Shown piece by piece: positions 52,401 to 63,035 of a stretch of DNA of 64,000 nt; position 1 is the first letter of the stretch; every line of letters begins with the position of its first letter. A program made the translations under genes and the position numbers. The stretch covers positions 52,826,001 to 52,890,000 of the forward strand of contig NC_086097.1 in NCBI RefSeq assembly GCF_963921235.1, written 5' to 3'. The notes below the pieces were generated by a model that did no database searches, had not been told where the DNA came from, and saw nothing but the letters and a program-made list of their open reading frames with translations. The DNA is from Mobula hypostoma (lineage: Eukaryota).

Positions 52401-55400
52401 AGTTATTCGGTCATACTCATAAGTCTCTCTTTGTGTGAAAAGAAATATAACTGGCATCCTTAATTGTGTATGAACTGTAGAGACTTCCTCTGGTCCAACA
52501 GAAGATTCCATCTGAAGAATTAGAGATGGGTAATATAAAAATCAGTATCAGCTTTAATACGTCATGAAATTTGTTGTTTAGCAGCAGCTGTATGGTGTAG
52601 AAACATACAATTACTATAAATTTAAAAATAAATAAATAGTGCAAAAGAGAGGAAATATCTGTCATTGTGTTCATGGACCATTCAGGAATCTGAAGACAGA
52701 GGAGAATTCGTTCCTAAAATGTTGAGTGTGAGTCTTCAGGCTCTGTGCCTCCTCTATGCCAGAAATTAGAAGAGTGAATGTCCCGATGGCAAGGGTCCTT
52801 AGTGATGGATGCTGTCTTCTTGAAGATGTCCTCAATGGTGAGGAGTGCTGTGTCCATAGTGCAGCTGCCTGAGTCTACAGCTCTCTGCAGTTTCTTGCAA
52901 TTTTGTGCATAGGAGCTTCCATACCAGGCTGTGATGCCACCAATCAGAATGTTCTCCGCTGCACATCTATAAGAAGTTTCAAGAGTCTTTGGTGAAATAC
53001 CAAATCTACTCAAACTCATAACAAAGTAGAGCCACTGGCATGCCTTACTAATTGCATCGGACCCAGGAAAAATCCTTCAAAATGTTGAACTTAAGGCTGT
53101 TCAGCCTTTACACTGCCCACCCCTCCATGAGGACTGGTGGGCGTTCTTCCAGCCTCTCCTTCCTGAAGTCCACAATCAATTCCTTGGTCGTGTTGATGTT
53201 GAGTGCAAGATTGTTGTTGCAACACCTCTCAACCAGCCCAACTACTTAATTCCTGCCATGACTGTAGAGAGCGTGGAACAGAGAGCTGAGCACAATTCTT
53301 TCAGGTGTGCCTGTATATTGTATGTTGTAGCATCCTGAGACTTGGAATGTACAAGATGGTTTCACACTGAAATCCACATGCTTCTGATTGAGAAATGCAC
53401 ACTATACTTATTTTTCCTTTAGCACAATTAACATTAGGAAATTAAACAATTGTTGTGGATATTGGTTTCAAAACATATCCATATTGGGTTAAGAACTTAT
53501 TAGAATTCCTTGCTGGTGAATGCAGGTTCAATACTTAGCTCACCACGAGTGGCGCCTCCAGTACTTTGAGGTAGGAATGTATATTCACAGTAGTTAGAGG
53601 CTGTTCAAGTAAAGATCTCTTGCATGGCTGAGTCCTATCTGTTACCATCTTGCAATGACAGAACCAAAGCCTTGCTGACAGCTGATCTGAATCTTCCAGA
53701 CTGCAAGTTAAAATTACAGATAAATCATAACGGAGATACAATAAAGTTATAACAACATTTTCAGCATTTTCTGTAACGATTAAATTTACAGAAACCCCGA
53801 GAATAAACACAGGTACTTCTGCTACTTGTACAGGAAAACAGGAATAGCAAAAAGGCTGTGAACCTGGGGAGTCCCTGACACACCAGTTGACTTCTACTTG
53901 AATTCATGGAGTTCTATTTAGCAGATCAGACCAACATGCCCACATTGCCCTGAAGAAACCTTTCAACATGGCAAGATCAGAGTGCATGGGTTTACGATTA
54001 GAATAAGATGACTGCAGATCCATGAGAAATGTTTTCAACCAGAGTGTGAATTAAATAATAGATGGGCATTTGATGATTGCCATTGATATAGAAACAAGTC
54101 CTTTTGCCTGCTATGCTGCACAATGCTTAAGATTCTATAATAATGACACGTAAAAGGACACGGAAACAGTATATTAGGATCAGTCAGTCTTTACCAATGT
54201 GTTCTGTTGGATGAGCCTTTCTCATCCAAATCTCTTCATCATGCGTCCAGCCTCCCCTTAAGTGTTTGCTATTACCAACATAATGAGTTCCATATTGTCA
54301 TCATTCTTTGCATAAGGAAGTTTATTCCAAATTCACTAATGAATGGCTCCACCATAAACAGAAACATTCTCTTTATAGCTGCTTTATCAAGACCGAGCTC
54401 ACCCCGGAGCCTTCTTATTTCTGGATCTATTTAAACTCATGATAACGGTATTATTCTTATAAATCTTATCTGCACTTTCTTAAATACCACAATATCCTGC
54501 CATAATAAAGCATGGCACTCTTATGTGTGTCTAATTCAAGGAAGAATACAGTTTGAACAACTTTATTTTTCTCCAGACGCACTTGAATTAATATCTAACT
54601 AGTACTTCCTATGTCATAATGCAAACATCTAATTCTTCCTCCATGAAGCATGGACTCCATTTAATTTGTTATGCTTCGGATTGAAGCACATAGGGTTTTT
54701 ATGAAGGATGGCATGCAGTGCGGAGGATTTTATTCTGGCAGAACAAGCACAGATTTCCATTACTCTAAACAGTCCCATACCCTTTACAAACAGAGGTCAA
54801 CATTGATTGGTAACAGAAAATAAATAATTCTTATGAAAAGAGCATATGTTTTGCTTCCATAACAAAATATGTCACTTGGATCTAAGGCAATCTTCATGTC
54901 ATTTATTATGTGCTCCATTTCCCATGGTAGATTTAGCTTGTGCTTAAAATATAAAATTGTTTGTTTATTTGACTCAGGTCACATATTTATTCCTAGAACA
55001 AAGACAATAGCATACTTTCTGTCCTCCTACATTCATCCCAAGAAGATATCGATCAACCTTCTCTTTGAACCGCTACCGACATTATGTAATGGAGCTTCAA
55101 CATTGATGAACAGCAAAGATATCAACCTTTCAGCCCAATAATGTTATACTTACCCTTCTCAAGGGCAAAGTTCACAGATCAAGCAACGTCACTATTTGAA
55201 AACATCACCCTTTTTCCCTCCAGTTAAATGATAAGATTTTTTTCCTTAATTCATCGCTAATGGTAACTACTTTGTCATTGTAAGTTCATACGTTTGTTTA
55301 ACCACAAGTATATTTTATTACCTATTTCAGCAGAACAATTGTTCAATTAATTAATTCACTCTAAAATTAAATTTGAAATTTTGAAAGTGTTGAACAGTAA

Positions 55401-58400
55401 GTTGATTTTTATTGCTTTTCCAATTAGGTCCATACTTACTCTAGGTCTTCTAAGACACTGTGTTCTGTAGTTAATACAAATTGATACTTGGCACCGTAAA
55501 CAAAAGCAGTTTCCATTATGGCTTTGTGCTCTATGACAAAGCATAAATAATATATTACCAATGAACATTTTTTAAAACCAAATTAGCTTTAATAAAATCT
55601 GGCTGCTGACATATCCTGGATAATGATGTATTTTGTCAGCATCTAACAATAACACTAATACCCAATTTAATTCTGGAGCAGTTGTGTGGAAATTAAATCA
55701 GGCTCAGGTGTCATACACTACTAAGTTAAGGTATCGTTCACGCACTGCACTAAGTATCGTTTACGCACCACACTAAGTAAGGTATCGTTCATGCACCACA
55801 CCAGTACAGTGTGTGCAAAGAGCATGTTTTGAGTCCAGGACCATGGACAGGTGTGGAAAACTGTTTGGGAGAATTGGTTGTGGGGTAAAGCTGGTGGCCT
55901 GTGGTGTGGGTCCATGGTTCAGAGTGTTTATCGCTCCTCTCCGCACCTTGTGGCACATTGGGCGGCAACCCTGCCATTTCTTTAGCAAAGAAATCTGCTT
56001 TTCATTGGCCAGATTCGAACCCGGGACCACTCGCCACAAAGTCTGGTGCAGATGTCACGACACCACAGGCCAGCTAAGCCAGAATGTTACAAATGCTTTC
56101 AAAAGCAAGGGGAAAGAGTCTGAATGTCAGATGATCAGTAGCGGGGTGAACAAATGCTCTGTGGATGATGCCTGTAGGAGAGCCAGAGTGAATAGCTTAA
56201 AAGGGACTGCTCAATTTATAATACAAGGCAGAAGCGTACTCAGATAGGTCCTCTTCAAATCTTAGCCACTGTAACTGAAACTCGTTATTCTGTACCCTGT
56301 TATTGCCTTCCCTTGTACTATCTCAATGCACTGTTGTAATAAAATTGTCTGTATGGATGTCATGAAAAACAATTTTTCCACTGCACTTTGGGACATGTAA
56401 CAATAATAAACCAATTTACCAAATTGCAAGTTCATTCTCCTGTTATTTGTCATTTGAATTACATGCCACACAAAAGCATGACATTAAGCAATTTAATTTC
56501 CAGATATTTTAACTTACTTTATGGCTGCATAATAATTTTGAGTTAATAGCATCGTCGCTCATATAAAAGATATCAATAGCTAATCATTTGGGACAGGCTG
56601 AAACCTTCCAGTAAAAATCTTTAAAATCATGCACTAAGACATAAATAACAATTTAATAGAAAAACAATTATCACATTAATATGCAATACAGAAACAGTGA
56701 AACTGCACAAAGGACTGAAATTAATTTCAAGATTTGGAAAGCATAATAGCTCCGCTTACTGGCTTGTCTGAAAATAACTTGAAGTTACTACAGTATTGCT
56801 ATTTAACAGCATTTTTAGTTAGTGCACCACCTGGTGGTGTGATAACCAGCTATCATGGGTCACTTGTGAAATAAATTGCAATTGTTAGGAAATAACAGCA
56901 TTTAACAAATAGTATTGTGTTTGATGTTAAAGGGTTTAATAAGAGACCTGAAGAGTAGTAAGTGTAAAGATGGCAGGGATAGCTAAGGTTTACACGCTTT
57001 AAAAGTGTTACTGTTGGTATTTCAACTGTTGCATTAATTATAATTAATTCTGATGTTGCCTAATGCTCAAAAGTGCCTAATAATAATGATGAAATTACAA
57101 CTCAATAGATTATATTCATTTTTAATTAATCACTATTAGCAAATCTGAAAAATTCTGCAATTAACTTTCTATAAATTGATTTATTAATATAAGTGATTTA
57201 TTAATATCAATATTAATTTGATGTGTAGAAACTTCTCACAAAGGGAAGTGAATCTTTGATCCCTTCCTGAAAGAGTTGTTGAAGAAGATCATGGAGTATT
57301 TAAAGGGGATAGATTTTTGAAAGATCAGGGAATGGAGGGAAACTGCTATTTGTAGTAATCATCCATGATTATAACAAATCCAGGGCAGGCTTGAGGGACA
57401 AGGCCTTTGCCTGTTTCTATTTTCCTTTGTTCTCACTACCAGAGATGATTCTCTTTCATACTGACAATACTCTTTTTTTCCCCCACGTACAAACAATTCA
57501 TATTCTTCTCTCCAAACATTCCAATACATGCTCCCTCTCAGTACATTGACTCTCCCTTTAATAAATGTTACTCAACCACGCTCTCACACACAGAGCCTAC
57601 ACCTATTTTCACTCTCCTCTACTCTGCCTCTAACATTTTACCAGAACACATCTCCCCCACTCATATTATCAGAATCCTATTTCTACCAATATCTATTTTC
57701 TCTGTCTCAAAGTACCAGTACGTATCTTTCTCTCCCCCCACCCTATCTGCATAAGATTGAAAGGTTCACAAGAGAAAGCAACACATCGACATTGCCCTGA
57801 CTGCATCACTGAGGTTTTGACACTACTGTAACAATCTGAAAAGATAAAGGATTGCAACAGAGTATTTTATTTTTGATTAGCACACTGCTTATAATTGTGA
57901 GGTAGAGGCACATCAATCATCTTTCTGAATTTAGAGATTAATCTATTATCAATGTTCAATCTCTTCAATTTATAGTGAAGCTAGCCAATGAAAATGAGAC
58001 AAGGAGAAAATGAAATTTACAAAATATGAAGATAGTGGAGGCAAGTTAAAACAAAGTAAGCATCACCAATATGTAAAGAAACTAAATAGGCTCTGTAAGA
58101 GCAAAGAAACATTGTGCTGCAACTCAGCAGACTCAGGACTAATTCAACGCGGCATTTCAACCCAAAACATTGGCAATTACTTTTCTTCCACTGATGTTTC
58201 TTGACCCACTGAGTTCCTCCAGCAGATTGCCTGTCACTCCAGATTCCAGCATTTGCAGTCCCTTGTGTCTCCAGTGTCTATAATAAAAGTTCCCAAGTTG
58301 CAGAATGCAAACAGCTAAGAGGTGAGATCTCAAGGGGAATCATTAAACTACTCCAGGAGGTTGTCTGAGAACTTATCCCTTTGTTATACTGTTTTTAACT

Positions 58401-61400
58401 AGACAGACAGGTTAGAACTAGATATAGCTTTCATTCGATAGATAAATGATGAAGAAACTAACTGGTTATATTAATCATCACAGAGAAGTCTAAGATGGAA
58501 AATAGGGCACTGTCACAGAAAGCATTGCTAGTGACAAAGGTAATTACTGTGTTGGGCCAGAATGGAAAGGAAGCAATGAATCAGGAGGATGTAACATCAG
58601 AGCAATTTTCCCAGCTCTGGCTGAAACAAAATTTGGTTTAACTTAATATAATGAAAAATATGAAGAATTAAATTGGCTAACATTAGCAATCGTTATCAGG
58701 GTTGCAGTTGTATTGTGCACAATACTAAGAAACCAGTTAAATAAAACGCAACATAAAGCTGCTTCAACAATACCTGGAACTCCTATTGCTGGTACAAATG
58801 AAACTATGACATCACCTCGTCCTTTCAAGTCATTTTCAATGTCATGAAGCTCCATCAATGAGGATACGTACTTTATTTCATTGAATAACAAAACACTATA
58901 ATAGAGCAATACATACTTAGAGTCATCCAAGTGGCTCAGCATAAACTAAAGAGCTTTAACTTACTTGGGAAGCAACTCAGATTCCTTTCCCATTGAAATG
59001 ACAGAGAAATCTTTGTGGTCTTAAAAAACAATTAATATAGTCTGCATTCTAATGATTACTGTAATTCCTCTATTTATTACTTTATGGTTAATTCAGGAAT
59101 GTGGAGCACATAAATTGTTTCAAATACTACAATCAGTATGTTAGTTTAAATTAGGAAGACCCAGCTTCCATTTCATCATGCTGCTGCACCAAGGGAGAGA
59201 TAAAGGCTACTAAATTGATCCCCCACACATTAGGAAAAGGGAAAACATTGCAAGCATTCCCAGTGTTATTCAGTAAGCTTACAATCGCAATGGAGAAAAA
59301 GACTCTTCACTACAATACTCATGCAGCCAAAACAACTGGCACTCGCTGCAAACACATTAGAGGTTGGACTAGTTATCACGGCTGGGTAGGCTGGGACTTA
59401 CAGAACCATAATCCAGAAAAAAAGTAAATTCTAGTTTGTAAGAAGCATCTAAATATATTGCTACGATGTTAGTAAAATATTTAGTTTTAAAAAATTGGAT
59501 TCACACCAACTATTTTATTTAAGGGAGTATTTGATCATTTACATTGTTTCCATCACTGTCCAAATGATAACATTTGCATTGTGAAAAAAGTGGCAAGTTG
59601 TAAAGAAGTCTAAGAGGAAAATGCTGGTAAAAATCATATATAACAGAAAAATAAATATTGGAGGGGAGAAGCAGGCTAACAGAGTTAAAGGACAAGAAAA
59701 ATTATTAACTGAGAATTATAACCATTACTCAAGAATGGGAAAAAATTACTAAAAAGCCAGAGAACCAGGAACCAGCTGAGAACAAGAAATCATGGTCTTA
59801 CAGTCAGATGAATTTTGCTTGATGCACTTAGTGGCATTTAAACTTTATTTTTAAGCAAAGATGAGTGGTGGAGATGATTCCAGAGGCAAAATGCACTTTT
59901 ACTTCTTGGTGCAATATAATGTAATAGTACACCAAAGTCCTTTGATTTCCATATGTATCTCAAATGCCTGCTGTGCAAGATGTAATCAATTTTGTATGAA
60001 ATTGCTGCAAACATTGATAAGTAAGTGGTACTGTCTCATCAGAAAATAGGCATTCATCACCTTCATGCCCTCCAGCAAACTTAATAAATGATATGTGTTG
60101 GTCTGTCCAGATGGCCATTATGAGTCAGTTTTGGTTACACTATTACATATTTTTAGACCAACTTCATACTCAGTCTATAAGTCCTATGGTACTATAGGAT
60201 ACAGTGACCTACAAAGAAAAAAGATGAGTTACATATAGCTATGACGAAGGTTGAAATAACTTTAGTTTGAACAACTACTCCTAGTGTGGAGGGGATGTGG
60301 AAATGTCATTTACTCTCTCCACACAGAGTAAAGCTTGTCAGAAGCTGCATTGTTGACAGCAATTCAGTATTCTGTAGATCCTCAAGAAGATAAAGTATAT
60401 GGGAAACAATGAATTTCTAGGATGACAACATAACTGTTCAGAACAGCCAGTGGAAAAACAAATGCTATCAGATGTATAGTAGTTCCATACCAAATGAATA
60501 ACTGATGTGGATGCTGTCTTTTCCTTTATCTTAATACTAAAAAGAAACACATTGAAATGCAACTGTGTTTTCTGAATTAAAAGAATAAACATTGGCTTCT
60601 TATCCTTAGTAAGTTCTCATCTTTTTAATTAATAAAAAAAACTTTTGATGAAGCAACACAGGGCTTCAATTTCTATTAAACAGAAACTAGAAATCTTAAG
60701 TTTCTATAACTATTTGCTCTTGTCCATTTTACAATAACTTCCAAAATGGAAGAAAATACTTGAACATACTTACAATAAAACATTCGCTACAATTGCATCA
60801 ACATCAAATAATGCATCAACTGCAAAGCTCCGAAGCATTATGTTACCCCTATTAAAGAGAAACACAACGTTAAGCATCAGTTAGCAATCTTCATTACATA
60901 GAGCTTATTGTAGTGGCCAGAAGTTTAAATATACTCCAGCAGTGTTTGTTAGAAGTAAGACAGCAGAAAGACATTTTCAGTAAACTCTTAGATCAATTTT
61001 AGGTCCTGATATTTGTTGCTGATAAAGCAGAGTGGGAATTTGAGGAAACCACATTATCCTTCCTTAAACACTTTTCAGACTTAAAAGTTACCACTGATCT
61101 CCAACGATGTCAAATTGCAAACTTAGCTCATGGCTTTCGATGGAAAATACTGGTAATATATTTTGCTATTGCTGTCTTTACATGCACAGACACATCTTTT
61201 CAATCTATACATTGTTATACCACCCAGTTTTGCCTTGCACTACCATTCCTTTTTGTCAATTAGTATCTTTCACCCTGTTATAAGGCATTTCCCTTTGTTC
61301 TTCCATGCCTTTTCCTTACTTAAGATTTCTTACACAAATCTAATGTTTTCTAGTGCTGATGAAAATCAACTATTCTGCAACATAACCTGTTACTTTCTCC

Positions 61401-63035
61401 TTATTTGCTGCCTGATCTGTTGACTATTTCCATTTTTTTTCCTGTTCTACATCACCGAGTATTGTGTTCAGTTGCTATATAGGGAGGCATCCAAGCCACA
61501 TTAGATCAGAGAGTGAAATATAAATTAAGAAAACATATCAAAATTTGGCCCCATGCTTTGCCAGATGATGATATTCAATTATAATATAGAGAAAAGTCAG
61601 ATCTAGGCAATTGACAGATTAAACAATTAAAAATATTACAGTCCATGCATTAAGTTCAAGTTTATCATCTTGAGGATACAAACCCAAAGCATGTGCCACA
61701 AAAAAGCAGCTTTTTAGCAGCATTGGCATGGAAAATTACAAACATTAATGACATAAACTTAAATAAATTGATTTAAACCAATTAAAGGAATATGTAGAGT
61801 AGATGCCAGGAGATTCTAAATGCAAGTATTATGATCTAATGCAGCGGTTCCCAACATGGAATCCACTGACCCCTTGCTTAATGGTATTGGTCCGCAATAT
61901 AAAACAGTTTTGGAAACCCCGGTCTAATAGAATAGATTCCTGAGGAATTGGACAGCAGCAAAATCCTTGGAGAACAACTGGATGTTTTAATGAGTGATCT
62001 ATCCCTTCTTTTGTCTGAATAAGCCAATGGTCCCCAAAGGAATCAATAACATAAAGCAACAGCTCAACCACCTGCACCAAGAACAAGAGTTCCCCAAATA
62101 TTTCCTCCCTTTTTTATATCCACTTAAAATTCTTTAAACACTGCATGGGAGTATTAAAATACATGTCCATTTACCAGAAAAGGTAGGCTTTCTTCAGATA
62201 ATGGTCATTTTCACAATATTTTGGCACGTTTTCTATGTTGCAATCAACCTACAAAAAATTGCAGAATGCTTTAACAAGATAATACAAAAATATAAAAATT
62301 CTTACATAATAACACCTTACTGTTTAGTACTTATTCTTTATTCCAAAAAAACTCCATCAATTTTTTTCCTCCATGCTCCTAAATAGTAAGAATGCTCAGA
62401 TCCGTGCTTTTTTTTTTGATATCACTACAATAACCTCATTGTTCTTGAGAAGGTGTAAGAAACTCTCCTTCTTAATAAAACAGCTGCAGTTCCTGTCATT
62501 GGACTTTATTAAGAAAATTGTATTTTTCTGAACCAAGGCTAACTTTTTAAATTTTAATCTTCTTTTCTCCTACTTATTGGTACTCATGCATCAAAATTCC
62601 ATTAACAGCACTTTATGATTAGTATGCACCGACCATTTATATCCCCTCTGCCAGAAACCTCCTATCAGTAGTTCCAAATATCAAGACAGTCAAGACTGAC
62701 AACTCAGAAGTGCACAATATTTAAGAAGTACCAACAGTACCCTACACACTTTGTATACCAGCCATTTGGGTTACAATGTGGTCACCTTTGTATCAATGAG
62801 CCAGTTATATTTCATTTTCACTGTTTTTTATTTTCATTTTAGTATATAGTTAAATAAGCTTCTCGTATTAAAATCAAGGACATTTTCTTACCTACACCTC
62901 TCTCTCCCATTTTTATAAATTTAGCATCCAAAATAAAAGCATTTCAAGTCACCTGAACCACTGTAACTCCATACTCCTTAAGTGAGTCTGATGACTTTTC
63001 TAGCTGTTGAAGGAATAAGTTGATTTCTGGGTTTA
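10240..63035 (-). CDS. TXNDC16: TXNDC16 (ERp90), internal portion: 12 coding exons joined as 63035-62953, 62248-62175, 60848-60774, 58895-58774, 55530-55440, 53700-53544, 52511-52345, 51876-51816, 49745-49616, 39286-39140, 34671-34612, 10408-10240
   Basis: All exons have AG/GT boundaries and compatible phases (1336 nt = 2 + 444 codons + 2). The spliced translation is collinear with human TXNDC16 as recalled (e.g. [49 protein letters not shown]). The 5' and 3' exons were not found in the window. Confidence 0.95.
11355..11645 (+). mobile_element. RTE-clade LINE 3' end with (GAT)n tail
   Basis: [33 protein letters not shown] aatgagacc at 11346-11354 and 11646-11654. Confidence 0.8.
11898..12035 (+). 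repeat. Older Penelope pLTR fragment with decayed hammerhead motif
   Basis: agtcctgataaagagtctcagccgaaaacattga...agatgctgcctggcctgct...tttccagcatctgcaga. Confidence 0.7.
12351..12705 (-). mobile_element. CR1 LINE 3' end
   Basis: ORF 12425..12682 TRGHGLRV...[14 protein letters not shown]; (catagaaac)2 tail. Confidence 0.85.
14405..15699 (-). mobile_element. 5'-truncated Penelope-like element (Neptune-type): RT C-terminus, GIY-YIG endonuclease and pLTR
   Basis: [14 protein letters not shown], Cys linker [28 protein letters not shown]...RFAEH; 14-bp TSD tctattatcactca at 14391-14404 and 15700-15713. Confidence 0.92.
14502..14537 (-). ncRNA. Minimal type I hammerhead ribozyme motif in the Penelope pLTR, core intact
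   Basis: Minus strand reads agtc-CTGACGA-agggtgtcagccc-GAAA-cg-TC-gact: stem I agtc/gact, stem II ggg/ccc, palindromic ACGT stem III. Confidence 0.75.
17770..19715 (-). mobile_element. CR1 LINE fragment inserted into the Gypsy protease region
   Basis: ORF 18319..18612 [13 protein letters not shown]...[24 protein letters not shown] near 19690. Confidence 0.85.
18800..19223 (+). mobile_element. Penelope 3' fragment and pLTR nested in the CR1
   Basis: Starts at NIDFSEFR (Penelope ORF end); pyrimidine-rich pLTR; decayed hammerhead near 19129-19165; TSD gtcccttcRaccact at 18785-18799 and 19224-19238. Confidence 0.8.
19737..20197 (+). mobile_element. Rex1/Babar-like LINE 3' end with (atcta)n tail
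   Basis: [24 protein letters not shown]; highly similar to the inverted copy at 21132-21832. Confidence 0.85.
21132..21832 (-). mobile_element. Rex1/Babar-like LINE 3' fragment
   Basis: ORFs 21544..21813 and 21319..21525 ([43 protein letters not shown]). Confidence 0.85.
22530..23080 (-). mobile_element. Rex1/Babar-like LINE 3' fragment
   Basis: ORF 22763..23074 [11 protein letters not shown]...[10 protein letters not shown]; same family as 560-1125. Confidence 0.75.
23094..28706 (+). mobile_element. Full-length L1/Tx1-clade LINE (ORF1 about 23226-24220, ORF2 about 24680-28480), inactivated by stops and frameshifts
   Basis: ORF1 [82 protein letters not shown] plus poly(A); TSD aagYtgaattggg at 23081-23093 and 28707-28719. 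Confidence 0.95.
29735..29968 (+). mobile_element. CR1 3' end
   Basis: Reverse-complement match to the family at 173-400. Confidence 0.8.
31651..31860. mobile_element. Tc1-type terminal fragment
   Basis: tacactgcctata..atattcaacccc..ttttattgttttacaaca; related copy at 37311-37625. Confidence 0.6.
32860..33925 (+). mobile_element. Rex1/Babar-like LINE fragment interrupted by an LTR-like insert
   Basis: gttcctgggtgtcaacatctca...tatagatgtactgtgg; resumes at 33551 with ggctgcagag...aggtacaggagcctga; tail caataaa..ttctgattct. Confidence 0.7.
33149..33550 (+). mobile_element. Putative solo LTR
   Basis: About 400-bp insert with TGT...ACA ends, a TATAAAAG box near 33395 and agtaaa downstream; it splits a LINE fragment; TSD degenerate. 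Confidence 0.55.
34035..34314. mobile_element. Inverted pair of Penelope pLTR segments (palindromic insert) with two hammerhead motifs
   Basis: Arms of about 114 bp (34035-34148 and 34166-34279) are reverse complements; 15-bp TSD attatttgggtattg at 34020-34034 and 34315-34329. Confidence 0.9.
34179..34214 (+). ncRNA. Minimal type I hammerhead ribozyme motif, core intact
   Basis: agtc-CTGACGA-agggtctcggccc-GAAA-cg-TC-gact. Confidence 0.75.
34612..34671 (-). CDS. TXNDC16: TXNDC16 internal exon ([20 protein letters not shown])
   Basis: ttgtag acceptor, gtaat donor, 60 nt; resembles human WQAVSMAFLQSYIDVAVKLK. Confidence 0.95.
37040..37308 (+). mobile_element. CR1 ORF2 fragment
   Basis: gtggataaatccccaaggcctgac (VDKSPRPD), gcagaaattgcaggg, gccacaggtgaggtgctggaagattg. 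Confidence 0.65.
37311..37625. mobile_element. Tc1-type terminal fragment
   Basis: cagtgcctata..atactcacccc; internal DR gcataagtattcaacccc; related to 31651-31860. Confidence 0.6.
39140..39286 (-). CDS. TXNDC16: TXNDC16 internal exon ([49 protein letters not shown])
   Basis: cttcag acceptor, gtaagt donor, 147 nt; QDDEVAE and VLFY conserved. Confidence 0.95.
39660..40850 (-). mobile_element. Old fragmented CR1 LINE
   Basis: ORF 39969..40274 [13 protein letters not shown]1-like 3' tail at 39660. Confidence 0.55.
40881..44735 (+). mobile_element. Non-coding retroposon of about 0.7 kb (GC-rich body, LINE-like (tctaa)n tail), split by an L1 insertion
   Basis: Begins (gag)n-aagatggcggcg; body continuous across the L1 TSD; 3' end repeated at 3700-3920. 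Confidence 0.7.
41150..44293 (+). mobile_element. 5'-truncated L1/Tx1 LINE with 5' inversion (41150-about 42163 minus, about 42164-44293 plus)
   Basis: The minus part reads [44 protein letters not shown]; the plus part continues [24 protein letters not shown] to an A-rich tail; 13-bp TSD agcgctcggcaga at 41137-41149 and 44294-44306. Confidence 0.93.
46300..47335 (-). mobile_element. L2 LINE 3' fragment with a nested CR1 3' piece (about 46631-46860, +)
   Basis: L2-type tail ttatagcacttttc...aaagtgctttaca; minus-strand cttggtgttgtgatggactcc and gactactgtaatggc motifs; nested [17 protein letters not shown]. Confidence 0.75.
49005..49280 (+). mobile_element. Rex/Babar-like LINE 3' end
   Basis: ttcctgcctgtggccattaaactt...aatttcccccgggatcaat...(gactat) tail. 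Confidence 0.55.
49616..49745 (-). CDS. TXNDC16: TXNDC16 internal exon ([43 protein letters not shown]), acidic linker
   Basis: gtttag acceptor, gtata donor, 130 nt; acidic tract as in the human protein. Confidence 0.85.
51816..51876 (-). CDS. TXNDC16: TXNDC16 internal exon ([20 protein letters not shown])
   Basis: caacag acceptor, gtatg donor, 61 nt; converts phase 2 to phase 0 as required; resembles human DSLEVNIPQDANVVFKRAEE. Confidence 0.85.
52345..52511 (-). CDS. TXNDC16: TXNDC16 internal exon ([55 protein letters not shown])
   Basis: cttcag acceptor, gtaag donor, 167 nt; VSTVH and AWxLLGKAGV conserved. Confidence 0.95.
52530..53240 (-). mobile_element. Rex1/Babar-like LINE fragment directly upstream of a TXNDC16 exon
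   Basis: ORF 52714..53019 [18 protein letters not shown]; minus-strand [15 protein letters not shown] near 53160-53205. Confidence 0.75.
53544..53700 (-). CDS. TXNDC16: TXNDC16 internal exon ([52 protein letters not shown])
   Basis: ttgcag acceptor, gtgag donor, 157 nt; CX9C motif and EQPLTT. Confidence 0.95.
55440..55530 (-). CDS. TXNDC16: TXNDC16 internal exon ([30 protein letters not shown])
   Basis: gtcatag acceptor, gtaagt donor, 91 nt; resembles human [23 protein letters not shown]. Confidence 0.95.
55720..56076 (-). mobile_element. tRNA-derived SINE with a tandemly repeated 3' end
   Basis: Minus strand has box B cccgGGTTCGAATCtgg near 56008-56025; three imperfect repeats of ctaagt(taag)gtatcgttcacgcac at 55721-55800. 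Confidence 0.6.
58774..58895 (-). CDS. TXNDC16: TXNDC16 internal exon ([40 protein letters not shown])
   Basis: tatag acceptor, gtatt donor, 122 nt; lies within track ORF 58643..58942. Confidence 0.95.
60774..60848 (-). CDS. TXNDC16: TXNDC16 internal exon ([24 protein letters not shown])
   Basis: ttaatag acceptor, gtaagt donor, 75 nt; resembles human [24 protein letters not shown]. Confidence 0.95.
61842..61921. mobile_element. 80-bp hAT/Charlie-type MITE
   Basis: TIRs cagcggttcccaa / ttggaaaccccg; imperfect 8-bp TSD atctaatg / gtctaata. Confidence 0.6.
62175..62248 (-). CDS. TXNDC16: TXNDC16 internal exon ([24 protein letters not shown])
   Basis: tttgtag acceptor, gtaaat donor, 74 nt; CX8C motif; resembles human VNCVKEEISRYCGKEKDLMKAYLF. 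Confidence 0.92.
62953..63035 (-). CDS. TXNDC16: TXNDC16 internal exon ([27 protein letters not shown])
   Basis: ttttcag acceptor, gtgac donor, 83 nt; resembles human [23 protein letters not shown]. Confidence 0.88.

Noticed and set aside
55721..55800. Short spaced direct repeats resembling a CRISPR array
   Set aside because: Only three imperfect adjacent units with no unique spacers, in eukaryotic SINE context and with no cas genes.
55990..56076. tRNA-like sequence with GGTTCGAATC (similar case at 4045-4110)
   Set aside because: No complete cloverleaf and it continues into a SINE body; these are SINE heads, not tRNA genes.
61352..61400. ctgatga motif after a pyrimidine-rich tract, a possible hammerhead
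   Set aside because: No recognisable stem II or GAAA core; at most a very old pLTR relic.
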